Source: an uncultured Clostridia bacterium | GTDB lineage: Bacteria; Bacillota; Clostridia; TANB77; CAG-508 | Reading direction: 5' to 3' | Assembly (NCBI GenBank): GCA_934122115.1 | Contig: CAKOVU010000003.1 | Span: 64,442-128,441, forward strand | Length of the DNA stretch: 64,000 nucleotides | In this document: piece by piece, positions 29,273 through 39,904 of the stretch | Layout of the letters: every line of letters begins with the position of its first letter | Position numbering within the stretch: the first letter of the stretch is position 1 | Position numbers and translations under genes: made by a program | The notes under the pieces: generated by a model | What the model saw: only the letters and a program-made list of their open reading frames with translations | The model's database searches: none | Told to the model about the DNA's origin: nothing

Positions 29273-31954
29273 ATGAGCAAAGACGAAATAGAGGGAAAAT
29301 ATAATCCAAAAGAATTCGAAGAAAAATTATATAATGAATGGGAAGAAAATGGATACTTCAGACCTAGTATGGATAAAGCAAAGCCAAGCTACTGCATAAT
29401 GATGCCACCACCAAATGTAACAGGCAAGCTACATATGGGACATGCTTTGGATGATACTATTCAAGATGTGCTTATTAGATTTAAAAGAATGCAAGGATAC
29501 AACACATTATGGCTTCCAGGCTCAGACCACGCATCTATTGCAACTGAAGCAAAAGTAGTAGAAAAATTGAAGAAACAAGGAATATCTAAAGAAGATTTAG
29601 GAAGAGAAAAATTTTTAGATGAAGCGTGGGATTGGACAAAAGAGTATGGAGGAGTAATACAGAATCAACAAAGAAAACTAGGATGTTCATGCGATTGGAG
29701 CAGAAAAAGGTTTACTCTAGATAAAGGATTGTCTGATGCAGTAGTAGAAGAGTTTATGAATTTGTATAATGATGGTCTTATATATAAGGGAGAAAAAATG
29801 ATAAATTGGTGCCCTAACTGTCATACTTCTATATCAGATGCAGAAGTTGACTATGTAGAAGAGGCTTCTCATTTATGGCATATAAGATACCAAATAAAAG
29901 GAACACAACAATATGTAATAGTAGCAACTACGAGACCTGAAACTATGCTAGGGGATACTGCTGTAGCTGTAAATCCTACAGATGATAGATATAAAGATAT
30001 AATAGGAAAAACATGTATTTTGCCAATTATGAATAAAGAAATCCCAATAATAGCAGATGAATTTGTAGATAAAGAATTTGGAACTGGTTGTGTTAAGATT
30101 ACACCTGCACATGATCCAAATGATTACAAAGCAGGACTAGCTCATAATTTGGAAATAGTAGAAGTATTTGATGATAGCTCTATTATGGGAGACTTAGTGC
30201 CTGAATATAAAGGAATGAAAACAACAGAAGCTCGTAAACATATTGTAGAAAAATTAGAAGAACTTGGAGCTTTAGTAAAAATAGAAGATTACGCACACAA
30301 TGTTGGAAAATGCTACAGATGTCATAACACAGTAGAACCAAGAATTTCTAATCAATGGTTTGTAAAAATGAAAGATTTAGCAGAACCTGCAATAAGAGCT
30401 GTTAAAGAAGGAGATATAAAATTTGTTCCTAAAAAATATGAAAAAACATATTTTAATTGGATGGAAAATATTCAGGATTGGTGTATTTCTAGACAATTAT
30501 GGTGGGGACATAGAGTACCAGTATACTATTGCAAAAACTGCGGAAAAGTGCATGTTGCAAAGGAAATGCCAGGACAATGCGAAAAATGTGGAGGAACAGA
30601 ATTATACCAAGATGAAGACACTTTGGATACATGGTTTAGTTCTGCATTATGGCCATTTTCTACATTGGGTTGGCCAAATAAAGAATCTGAAGACTTGAAA
30701 ACTTTTTATCCTACAAATGTATTAGTTACAGCATATGATATAATCTTTTTCTGGGTAGCTAGAATGATTTTCTCTGGATTGTATGCAATGAAGGAAAAAC
30801 CATTTTCTGATATACTAATGCATGGAATTGTAAGGGACTCACAAGGCAGAAAAATGTCAAAGAGTCTAGGAAATGGAATAGATCCTATTGAAATAATTGA
30901 CCAATATGGAGCAGATAGTTTAAGATTTTCTGTACTTTCTGGCACAACAATGGGAAATGATATTAGATACATGCCAGAGAAATTAGAGCAAGCATCTAAT
31001 TTTGCAAATAAAATATGGAATGCTGCTAAATTTATAATTAATAATAATTGTGAAGTATCTGAGTTAAAAGAATTTGAAGGCAAAGCAATAAATAAAGAAA
31101 CAGGAAAGTTTGTATCTGAATATTTTAAACTTGAAGACAAATGGATTATACAAAAATTAGATGAATTAATAGCAACTGTAACTAAGAATATAGAAGATTA
31201 TGATTTAGGAATAGCACTTGACAACATCTATAGCTTTATATGGAATGAGTTCTGTGATTGGTATATAGAAATGTCTAAAATAAGATTGTATGGCGACAAC
31301 AAAGAAGAAAAAGTACAAGTATGTTTTGTATTGAATTATGTATTTGCAACATCTCTAAAATTACTACATCCATTTATGCCGTTCATCACATCTGAACTTT
31401 ATACAAAAGTAATGGAATATGGTAAAGATAAGGATATTATGGTAACTGAATGGCCTGAAACTATTTCAAGAATAGATTACAACAAAGAAAAAGATTCAAT
31501 AGAAAAGTTTAAGGATTTAATAACTAAAATAAGAAATATCAGAAACGAGAAGCACATACATCCAACCAAAAAAGCAAATTTGATTTTTGTAACAACCAAA
31601 TACAAAGAAGACTTAGAAGAAGAAAAAGATATGCTCTTGAAATTAGGATTTGGTAGCGAAATGCTAATAAAAGCAAATAGAGAGGGAATACCGGAGAATT
31701 CAATAAGTATTTTACAAGATGATTTGGAACTATACATGCCAGCTGAAGGTTTAATAGATATGGAAGAGGAGAAAAATAGATTGGAATCTGAAATAAAGAG
31801 ATTAGAATCTGAGGTTGCCAGAGGAGAAAAAATGCTTTCAAACCCAGGATTTATTAATAAAGCTCCACAAGCTAAAATAGAACAAGAAAAAGAAAAATTA
31901 GCAAATTATAAAAAAATGCTTGAGGATACAAAAACAAGATTAGCTCAAATATAA
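29273..31954 (+). CDS. valS: Valine--tRNA ligase.
   Basis: 'PPPNVTGKLHMGHAL' HIGH motif, 'KMSKS', C-terminal coiled coil. The ATG at 29273 has a GGGAGG RBS. Confidence 0.95.
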   Translation: MSKDEIEGKYNPKEFEEKLYNEWEENGYFRPSMDKAKPSYCIMMPPPNVTGKLHMGHALDDTIQDVLIRFKRMQGYNTLWLPGSDHASIATEAKVVEKLKKQGISKEDLGREKFLDEAWDWTKEYGGVIQNQQRKLGCSCDWSRKRFTLDKGLSDAVVEEFMNLYNDGLIYKGEKMINWCPNCHTSISDAEVDYVEEASHLWHIRYQIKGTQQYVIVATTRPETMLGDTAVAVNPTDDRYKDIIGKTCILPIMNKEIPIIADEFVDKEFGTGCVKITPAHDPNDYKAGLAHNLEIVEVFDDSSIMGDLVPEYKGMKTTEARKHIVEKLEELGALVKIEDYAHNVGKCYRCHNTVEPRISNQWFVKMKDLAEPAIRAVKEGDIKFVPKKYEKTYFNWMENIQDWCISRQLWWGHRVPVYYCKNCGKVHVAKEMPGQCEKCGGTELYQDEDTLDTWFSSALWPFSTLGWPNKESEDLKTFYPTNVLVTAYDIIFFWVARMIFSGLYAMKEKPFSDILMHGIVRDSQGRKMSKSLGNGIDPIEIIDQYGADSLRFSVLSGTTMGNDIRYMPEKLEQASNFANKIWNAAKFIINNNCEVSELKEFEGKAINKETGKFVSEYFKLEDKWIIQKLDELIATVTKNIEDYDLGIALDNIYSFIWNEFCDWYIEMSKIRLYGDNKEEKVQVCFVLNYVFATSLKLLHPFMPFITSELYTKVMEYGKDKDIMVTEWPETISRIDYNKEKDSIEKFKDLITKIRNIRNEKHIHPTKKANLIFVTTKYKEDLEEEKDMLLKLGFGSEMLIKANREGIPENSISILQDDLELYMPAEGLIDMEEEKNRLESEIKRLESEVARGEKMLSNPGFINKAPQAKIEQEKEKLANYKKMLEDTKTRLAQI

Positions 31955-31997
31955 ATAAAAAATTAGTGAAAGAATCTCCTCTTTCACTAATTTTTTA
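31955..31997. terminator. Bidirectional rho-independent terminator between convergent valS and tsaC.
   Basis: TTAGTGAAAG / CTTTCACTAA stem flanked by A and T runs. Confidence 0.8.
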
Positions 31998-33077
31998 TAT
32001 CACATTATAATTGCATGCTCGTAATAATCTATTCATTATTGCTAAACCTAAACCATCAGTAGCAACTCCTTCGATTATTATTAAATCCGAATTATAGGTA
32101 TCAGCTTTTCTTAAATCTGAAAAGATATTTTTAGAAATAGAATTCAAATTTGAACCTAAATTTATAATATGAATATTCTCGTCTAAATTTTTCCTTAAAA
32201 ATTCAAAATTCTGCTCTGAACACATGATTGTGGGAACTTTACCATTAGATATACATTTTTGCGCAACGTGTATAATTTTTTCTTGTATTTTATTAATAGA
32301 CGAATCATAAACAAGCACACATTCTGTTTTGGGAGCGTAATGCTTATACTTCATACCCGGAGATAAAACCTTTTTATTAGGCTCTAGTTTTCCAAGTATA
32401 TGTTTATCTATAATAACATTTCCGGCAACTTGTTTTATTTCTTCTGCAGTGATTTTGCCAGGTCTTAAAATGTGAGGTACATTGTCTATTACCCTAACTA
32501 CTGTAGATTCTAAACCGATGTTGCACTCGCCACCATCTATAATATAATCAACTTTAGAAGCAAGTTCATCAAAAATATCGTTAATATTAGTTCCACTCGG
32601 TCTTCCAGAAATATTAGCACTTGGAGCTGCAATAGGAACACCTGAGTATTTAATTAGGTTTCTAGCAATCTCATTGCTAGGCATTCGCACACCAACTGTT
32701 TCTAATCCACCTGAAACGATTGATGGAACAAATGGTGTTTTATTTAGAATAATTGTGAAAGGACCAGGCCAGAATGCATTCATTAGGCTGAATTCTAGGT
32801 CTGTTATATTTTGTGCTATTTTGCCTAACATTCCAATATCACATATGTGAAGTATCAATGGATTATCTGAAGCTCTGCCCTTAGCAATGTATATTCTTTT
32901 TACAGCCTCTGGGTCTAATCCATTTGCTCCCAAACCATAAACAGTTTCAGTTGGGAAGAGAACAAGCCCACCATCATATATTATTTTTCCTGCTTTTTCT
33001 AATTTAGTATAATCATTTAAACTATGTATATTTTTTAAATCTAAATAATTATCACATATTTTATCTTTTTCTTTCAT
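31995..33077 (-). CDS. tsaC: L-threonylcarbamoyladenylate synthase (Sua5/YwlC type with C-terminal Sua5 domain).
   Basis: 'FPTETVYGLGANGLDPEAVKRIYIAKGRASDNPLILHI'. Confidence 0.85.
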   Translation of the reverse strand: MKEKDKICDNYLDLKNIHSLNDYTKLEKAGKIIYDGGLVLFPTETVYGLGANGLDPEAVKRIYIAKGRASDNPLILHICDIGMLGKIAQNITDLEFSLMNAFWPGPFTIILNKTPFVPSIVSGGLETVGVRMPSNEIARNLIKYSGVPIAAPSANISGRPSGTNINDIFDELASKVDYIIDGGECNIGLESTVVRVIDNVPHILRPGKITAEEIKQVAGNVIIDKHILGKLEPNKKVLSPGMKYKHYAPKTECVLVYDSSINKIQEKIIHVAQKCISNGKVPTIMCSEQNFEFLRKNLDENIHIINLGSNLNSISKNIFSDLRKADTYNSDLIIIEGVATDGLGLAIMNRLLRACNYNVI

Positions 33078-33213
33078 GAGAACCCCTTAAATTTCTATAT
33101 TCAAAACATTCTGTATTATACTACAAAACAGCAAAATTTGCAAATTAACTTGAATATTAGATGAAAATAATATAATATATCTGTAGCAAGATAATATAAA
33201 ATAGGAGAAAAAT

Positions 33214-34059
33214 ATGTACACGATAATTGATGGAAAAAAACTAGCACAAAAAATAAGGCTAGAACTAAAAACAGAAGCAGAAAAATTTAAAACCAAACCA
33301 AAATTAGCAGTAATATTGGTGGGAAATGACCAAGCATCCAAAATATATGTTAGAAATAAGAGCAAAGCGTGTGAAGAAGTAGGAATAGAATATGAAGAAC
33401 ATGTTTTGGAAGAAACAACTAAAATGGGAGACTTATTAGGGTTGATTGAAAAATTAAATAGTGACGATAGTATAAATGGAATATTATTGCAAGCACCACT
33501 TCCAAAACATCTTGAAATAAATAGAGCATTCGAAAAAATATCACCTATAAAAGATGTTGATGGATTTAACCCAATAAATGTTGGAAAATTATTAATAGGA
33601 GAAGATACATTTATATCTTGTACTCCTTATGGAATTATAAAAATGCTAGAAGAATATAATATTCCTATACAAGGAAAAAATGCGGTAGTTGTAGGCAGAA
33701 GCAATATAGTAGGAAAACCACTGGTACAGTGCTTATTAAATAAAAATGCAACTGTTACTATATGCCATTCTAAAACTGAAAATTTAATCAATTACACAAG
33801 AAATGCGGATATATTAATTAGTGCTGTAGGAAAAGCAAATTTAATAACAGCTGATATGGTTAAAGAAGGTGCCACAGTAATTGATGTTGGAATGAATAGA
33901 AACAATAATGGAAAATTATGTGGAGATGTAGATTTTGAGAATGTTAAAGAAATAGCAAGATATATAACTCCAGTTCCAGGGGGAGTAGGACCTATGACAA
34001 TTACTATGCTAATGAATAATGTGATAAAAGCTTATAAGATGCAAAATAATATAAGTTAA
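33214..34059 (+). CDS. folD: Bifunctional methylenetetrahydrofolate dehydrogenase/cyclohydrolase.
   Basis: 'IIDGKKLAQKIR...LAVILVGNDQASKIYVRNK', 'GRSNIVGKP', 'TPVPGGVGPMT'. Confidence 0.9.
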   Translation: MYTIIDGKKLAQKIRLELKTEAEKFKTKPKLAVILVGNDQASKIYVRNKSKACEEVGIEYEEHVLEETTKMGDLLGLIEKLNSDDSINGILLQAPLPKHLEINRAFEKISPIKDVDGFNPINVGKLLIGEDTFISCTPYGIIKMLEEYNIPIQGKNAVVVGRSNIVGKPLVQCLLNKNATVTICHSKTENLINYTRNADILISAVGKANLITADMVKEGATVIDVGMNRNNNGKLCGDVDFENVKEIARYITPVPGGVGPMTITMLMNNVIKAYKMQNNIS

Positions 34060-34077
34060 TAAGAGAAAAGAGGTAAT

Positions 34078-34723
34078 TTGAATACGCGTTTATTAACATA
34101 CAATGAAGAAAACTATCCACAGAAGCTAAAGAATATATATGATTCTCCAATGTGCTTGTTTTATAAGGGTAATATAAGTTTGCTAAATAGAAAAATTATA
34201 GCAGTAGTAGGTTGCAGAGATTGCAGCAATTATGGTGCAAAAGTAGCATTTGAAATAGCGTATGGACTTTCTAAGAATAGCATAATAGTTATTAGTGGAG
34301 GAGCCAGAGGAATTGATTCATATGCACATAAAGGAGCCTTAGCAGCCAATAAGCCAACAATAGAAGTATTAGGGAATAGCTTAGAATATATATATCCTCC
34401 AGAAAATAAGGAGTTGGAAGAAAAAATATTAAAGTCAGATGGATTAATAATTAGTGAATACATCAATCGGAACTAAGCCAGACAAATTAACATTTCCAGA
34501 GAGAAATAGAATTATAAGTGGATTGTCAGATGGTGTTATAGTGGTAGAAGCCAAAAAGGGAAGTGGGAGTTTAATAACAGTTGACCATGCTTTGGAACAA
34601 GGCAAGAATGTGTATGCAATTCCAGGCAATATAACGAGCAAGTATTCTGAAGGAACAAACGAACTTATAAGGCAAGGTGCAAAATTACTAACTAGTATAA
34701 AAGATGTACTAGAAGAAATATAA
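34078..34723 (+). pseudogene. dprA: DNA processing protein DprA (Rossmann-like core) split by a frameshift near 34455-34465.
   Basis: ORF 34078-34476 ends '...LIISEYINRN*'. ORF 34454-34723 (other frame) continues '..IGTKPDKLTFPERNRIISGLSDGVIVVEAKKGSGSLIT...'. The second ORF matches the DprA consensus following the '...SEY' that ends the first. Confidence 0.6.
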
Positions 34724-34798
34724 AAAAGTTTACTTTTATTTAAATATGTAATATAATATTTAGGAGTATATAGAAGAAAAAGTAGGAGGACTATTTTA

Positions 34799-37399
34799 AT
34801 GAGAAACTCGAAAAAAGAAAAACAATCTAAAAAGAAAGATGTAAAAAAGAAGGGTAAAAGCGTTAATAATAAAGAAGCAAATAAAGAATTAAAAAATACA
34901 AAGAAAAAAGGATTTTGGAAAAGACATCCAAAGTTTAAAATTTTTGTGAGAGTATTAATCATATTAATAGTACTAGCTGTAATTGTTGGTGGTGGAATAA
35001 TTGCAGGTTTAATATTCGGTGATAAATGGAAAATAAATAAAGAAGATCTAATATTAAGTAATATAAATACAACAATATATGATAAAGATGGAAATGAAAT
35101 AGCTAGTGTATCAGGTGACGAAAAAAGAAGGATAGTTCACATAAATGATATTCCACAAATAGTTCAAGATGCGTTTATTTCAATAGAAGATGAAACTTTT
35201 TACGAAAATAATGGTGTAAACTGGAAGAGAACAATAGGTGCAACTGTTTCATGGATTATTAATAGAGGTAATTCTACCAGAGGTGGAGGAAGCACAATAA
35301 CACAACAATTAGTAAAGAACTTAATGCAGGATGATGATAACCAAGGTGCAGCAGGTGCAGAAAGAAAGATAAGAGAAATTTCAAGAGCATATCAAGTAAG
35401 CAAAATATTATCTAAACAGCAAATATTAGAATTATATTTGAATATAATATTTATGGGTGGAGATGTTTATGGAGTACAGCTTGGCTCACAATATTATTTT
35501 AATAAACCAGTTCAAGAATTAGATTTAGCAGAAGCAGCATTTTTAGCTGGAATAAACCATTCTCCTAATAGTTATAATCCATATGGAGAAACAGATAATT
35601 CAGAAAAAATAAAAAAGAGAACAAAAACAGTTCTAGTAAAAATGAAAGAATTGGGTAAAATAAACGAAGAAGAATATAATACAGCAGTAGCTAAAGTAGA
35701 TAATGGATTAACATTTGAAAAAGGTTCAACTACATCAAATTCAACTATGACATACCTTGCAAAAGCAGCATTAAATCAAGTTGTTAGACAATTTGCAGAA
35801 GAAAAAGATGTTACAATAAAATATGCCGAAACTAAAATTTATGGTGGCGGATACAAAATATACACAACACAAGATTCAAATATACAATCAATAATGGATG
35901 AAGTATACCATGATGAAGATTATATAGTATATGGTAGCGAACAACATGCACAATCTGCAATGGTAGTAATAGATCATAAAACAGGTCAGGTAGTTGGATG
36001 TATGGGAGGACTTGGAAGTGATTCGGATTCTAATGGATTAAATAGAGCAACACAATCTACAAGACAACCAGGTTCATCTATTAAACCGATAGCATCAATA
36101 GCTCCATCTCTAGAATCAGGAATTATAACTGCTTCTACAATATATGATGAATCTAGAACACGCTTTGGAGATTATACGCCAACAAACTCAGGGCTTGGAT
36201 TGATAACTGTAAGAAAAGCAATAGAAGTTTCTGCAAATACTACTGAAGTAAAGATTATGTCTGAATTGGGACCAAAAAATTCTATAGAATTTATGAGAAA
36301 ATTGGGAATAACTTCTTTATTAACAGCTTCAGATAATCCAGAACATAATGACGAAAACCTAGCATTAGTTCTAGGAGGAGTAACAAATGGAATTTCACCA
36401 TTAGAAATGGCTGGTGCATATGCAACAATAGCAAATAATGGTGTATATATAACACCAATATTCTATACAAGAGTTGAAGATTCAGCAGGAATAGTTGAAT
36501 TAGAAGCAAAACAAGAAAAGAGAAGAGTAATATCAGAAGCTAATGCGTATATATTACAAAGTATTTTAACAGGTCCAGTAATAGGTTCTGGAGGAACTGC
36601 AAGTGGATGTAGAATTTCTGGAATGGATGTAGGAGCAAAAACGGGAACAACAACTAAAAACTTAGATAGATGGCTTTGCGGTTTCACACCATATTATACA
36701 GGTGCTACATGGTACGGATTTGATAATAATGAAAAAATAAATACAAGATATAATCCATCTTCTAGAATATGGGCAGCAGTTATGAAAAAGGTTCATTCTG
36801 GACTAGAAGGAGCTCGCTTTGAAAGACCAAGTAATGTGGTTACGGCAATTGTATGTAAAGATTCTGGAAAAGTAGCAACTGATGCATGTACAAACACATA
36901 TACAGAATATTTTGCACAAGGCACAGTTCCAAAGAAATGTGATGGACATAAGGTTCTAACTATATGTACTGATACTGGTAAAATAGCAAATGAATATTGT
37001 CCAAATAAAGAAGAGAAAACATATACTGCAAGACCAGAAAAAGAAGATACAACATTATGGAAGACAGAAGATAGTGATAAATATGATATTCCTACTGAAG
37101 TATGTACAGAACACAAAAAATCAACAGTAAAAATGATAAATGTAGTAGGACTTACTAAAGACGAGGCATTAAATAAATTAAAAGCTTTAGGATTGAAAAT
37201 AACAGTAGAAACTAAAGAATCAGATAAGAAAGAAGGAACTGTATTATCGCAAGGAAAGGCAGAAGGAACAGAACTTACAGAAGGCGCAACTGTTACAATT
37301 ACTGTTAGCAAGAAAAAAGAACAAACTAATCCAATGAAGCCAGATGATAAAAAAAATACAATAGGAAATAATGAAAAAACAAATACAGTCCAAGAATAA
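34799..37399 (+). CDS. Class A penicillin-binding protein (transglycosylase + transpeptidase) with a C-terminal PASTA domain.
   Basis: GT51 motif 'QDAFISIEDETFYENNGVNWKR', 'RQPGSSIKP' SxxK. PASTA-like 'VVGLTKDEALNKLKALGLKITV'. Confidence 0.9.
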   Translation: MRNSKKEKQSKKKDVKKKGKSVNNKEANKELKNTKKKGFWKRHPKFKIFVRVLIILIVLAVIVGGGIIAGLIFGDKWKINKEDLILSNINTTIYDKDGNEIASVSGDEKRRIVHINDIPQIVQDAFISIEDETFYENNGVNWKRTIGATVSWIINRGNSTRGGGSTITQQLVKNLMQDDDNQGAAGAERKIREISRAYQVSKILSKQQILELYLNIIFMGGDVYGVQLGSQYYFNKPVQELDLAEAAFLAGINHSPNSYNPYGETDNSEKIKKRTKTVLVKMKELGKINEEEYNTAVAKVDNGLTFEKGSTTSNSTMTYLAKAALNQVVRQFAEEKDVTIKYAETKIYGGGYKIYTTQDSNIQSIMDEVYHDEDYIVYGSEQHAQSAMVVIDHKTGQVVGCMGGLGSDSDSNGLNRATQSTRQPGSSIKPIASIAPSLESGIITASTIYDESRTRFGDYTPTNSGLGLITVRKAIEVSANTTEVKIMSELGPKNSIEFMRKLGITSLLTASDNPEHNDENLALVLGGVTNGISPLEMAGAYATIANNGVYITPIFYTRVEDSAGIVELEAKQEKRRVISEANAYILQSILTGPVIGSGGTASGCRISGMDVGAKTGTTTKNLDRWLCGFTPYYTGATWYGFDNNEKINTRYNPSSRIWAAVMKKVHSGLEGARFERPSNVVTAIVCKDSGKVATDACTNTYTEYFAQGTVPKKCDGHKVLTICTDTGKIANEYCPNKEEKTYTARPEKEDTTLWKTEDSDKYDIPTEVCTEHKKSTVKMINVVGLTKDEALNKLKALGLKITVETKESDKKEGTVLSQGKAEGTELTEGATVTITVSKKKEQTNPMKPDDKKNTIGNNEKTNTVQE

Positions 37400-37423
37400 T
37401 TTAAAGATAGAAAGGTTAAAAAA

Positions 37424-38827
37424 ATGGATTTAATTTTATATAACACACTTACAAAGAATAAAGAAAAATTTAACCCTCTAGAAAAAAACGTAGTAAAACT
37501 ATATAGCTGTGGTCCCACAGTATATAGTTTTGCTCATATTGGGAATTTTAGAACTTACATATTCATGGATACATTAAGAAGAACTTTAAAATATAACGGT
37601 TATAATTTGAAACATGTTATGAATATAACAGATGTAGGACATCTTGAATCTGATGCTGATGAAGGCGAAGATAAGATGGAGAAGGCTGCAAAAAAAGAAA
37701 ACAAAGATCCATATGAAATAGCTCAATTTTATATGAATGCATTTTTGAATGATGTGGAAAAATTAAATATAGATAAGCCTGAGATAATTACAAGAGCAAC
37801 AGACAACATAGAAGAAATGATTGAATATGTAAAAGACATTTTGAAAAATGGCTATGCTTATGAAACTAGCAAAGGAATTTATTTTGATATATCTAAATTA
37901 GATAAATATCCAGTTTTATCTAATAGAAAAATAGATGAACAAATAGCTGGTGCAAGGGTTGAAGTGGATCCGGAGAAAAGAAATCCATATGATTTTGCTA
38001 TTTGGATAAAAGCACCTGAAAACCATATTATGAAATGGCAGAGCCCATGGGGGCTTTCATACCCAGGTTGGCATCTAGAATGTTCAGCTATGAGCAGAAG
38101 ATTTTTAGGCGAAGAATTTGATATCCACACAGGCGGAGTGGACCATATTCCAACCCATCACGAGAATGAAATTGCACAAGCAAAAGGTGCTACAGGGAAA
38201 ATACCTGCAAAAACATGGATGCACTGTGAATTCCTATTAGTAGATGGTGGAAAAATGTCAAAGAGTTTAGGAAATGTTTACACTATATCACAATTGGAAG
38301 AAAAAGGAATTACTCCTTTAGCTTATAAATTGTTTTGTTTTACTGCACATTATAGAACAAAATTGAATTTTACATTTGAAGGTGTAAATTCAGCACAAAA
38401 AGCCTTAGAAAGACTTTATGACGGTTATTTAAAACATAAAAACGGCAACGAAGACATAGATGAAGATACTATAGAAAAATATAGGCAAACATTTTTAAGT
38501 TATATAAATGATGATTTAAATATGCCAGCTGCAATGAGTGTAGTATGGGAAGTTGCGAGAAACAGTAAAAAATCAAATAAATATGCAAATTTGTTGTTAG
38601 AATTTGATAAAGTATTAGGATTAGACTTAGCAAATGCAGAAGAACATATTTCAAAAATAGAAGAAGAAGAAATTCCAGAAGAAATTAAGCAATTAATAGA
38701 AGAAAGAAAACAAGCAAGAGATAATAAAGATTGGGCAAAATCAGACAAAATTAGAGATATTATTATTCAAAAAGGGTATAGCATAAAGGATACTAAAGAA
38801 GGAATAATAGTAAAGAAAAATAGTTAA
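37424..38827 (+). CDS. cysS: Cysteine--tRNA ligase.
   Basis: 'YSCGPTVYSFAHIGNFRTYIFMDTLRR', 'KMSKSLGN'. Confidence 0.95.
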   Translation: MDLILYNTLTKNKEKFNPLEKNVVKLYSCGPTVYSFAHIGNFRTYIFMDTLRRTLKYNGYNLKHVMNITDVGHLESDADEGEDKMEKAAKKENKDPYEIAQFYMNAFLNDVEKLNIDKPEIITRATDNIEEMIEYVKDILKNGYAYETSKGIYFDISKLDKYPVLSNRKIDEQIAGARVEVDPEKRNPYDFAIWIKAPENHIMKWQSPWGLSYPGWHLECSAMSRRFLGEEFDIHTGGVDHIPTHHENEIAQAKGATGKIPAKTWMHCEFLLVDGGKMSKSLGNVYTISQLEEKGITPLAYKLFCFTAHYRTKLNFTFEGVNSAQKALERLYDGYLKHKNGNEDIDEDTIEKYRQTFLSYINDDLNMPAAMSVVWEVARNSKKSNKYANLLLEFDKVLGLDLANAEEHISKIEEEEIPEEIKQLIEERKQARDNKDWAKSDKIRDIIIQKGYSIKDTKEGIIVKKNS

Positions 38828-38842
38828 TATGGGAGAATAAAA

Positions 38843-39886
38843 ATGAAAAATAAAACAGTGGAGAATAGGAATACAAAAGATAAAAAAGACTCTTTTTTAA
38901 AAAATGTTGTAACAAGCATAAAAGATTTTGATAAATATATAAATTTTGTAGGTGAGGGATTTAAAAAATCTTTTATATATTTAGTAAAATTAATAGCTAT
39001 ATTTAGTTTGATTGTAGGAATTATATCTGTTTATGATTATTCTAAAAAATTAAATATAATTGAAAAAGCCATTGATGAGAAAATATCTACTATGAGATAT
39101 GAAAACAATATTATGAGCATAAACAACAATGAAAAAACAGAGATTGATACAATTGAGGATTTAGTAGGTCGCATAATAATTGATACAAGTGATTTGACAG
39201 ATGAGCAAATAGAAAATTATAAGGAAGAATTAAAAAGCCAAAAGAAATCAATTTTATTATTGAAGGACAAGATGATATTAAAATATCAAACAAAGCAAGA
39301 ACTTAGCGAACAAAAATATTCAGACCTATTTAAAGATGAGGCAGTTTCAATAAATAAAGATTCATTGGTAAAATACTATAAAGATAATTTAGCAAATATA
39401 TATGTGTATGTTGGATTAAGTTCGTTTTCAGCAATGTTTATAACATATATATTAAGTAGCTTAGAATATTGTTTATTGCTTACAATTATTGCATATATAG
39501 TAGCATTGCTAATAAAAATAAAAATGAAATTTGCAGCGGCGTTTGCAGTAGCAGCACATGCAATAACATTACCAACAATATTGAATATGCTTTATATAAT
39601 AGTAAATGCATTTACAGGATTCACTATTAAATATTTTAGAATTATGTATATGGCAGTATCTTGCATATATACAATAGCAGCGATATTTATGATAAAATCA
39701 GACTTTATAAAACAACAGATGGATCTACAAGCAATTAAAAGCGAACAAGAAAAAGTTAGAGAAGAATTAAAAGAAAAAGAACATGAAAGAAAAGAGAAAG
39801 AAGAAAAAGAGAGGGCAAAAAAAGAACCTAAAGATAAAAAAGAAAAACATCCAGAGACACCAGATGTTGAAGGAAATAATGCGTAA
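38843..39886 (+). CDS. Hypothetical membrane protein with a Lys/Glu-rich C-terminal tail.
   Basis: Four to five TM helices. Tail 'KEKEHERKEKEEKERAKKEPKDKKEK'. Confidence 0.4.
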   Translation: MKNKTVENRNTKDKKDSFLKNVVTSIKDFDKYINFVGEGFKKSFIYLVKLIAIFSLIVGIISVYDYSKKLNIIEKAIDEKISTMRYENNIMSINNNEKTEIDTIEDLVGRIIIDTSDLTDEQIENYKEELKSQKKSILLLKDKMILKYQTKQELSEQKYSDLFKDEAVSINKDSLVKYYKDNLANIYVYVGLSSFSAMFITYILSSLEYCLLLTIIAYIVALLIKIKMKFAAAFAVAAHAITLPTILNMLYIIVNAFTGFTIKYFRIMYMAVSCIYTIAAIFMIKSDFIKQQMDLQAIKSEQEKVREELKEKEHERKEKEEKERAKKEPKDKKEKHPETPDVEGNNA

Positions 39887-39904
39887 ATTCGAAAGGATAA
39901 ATAT

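Noticed and set aside
30423-30698. 91-aa same-strand ORF nested inside valS in another frame.
   Set aside because: Embedded in a highly conserved synthetase region. No RBS. An alternative-frame artefact.
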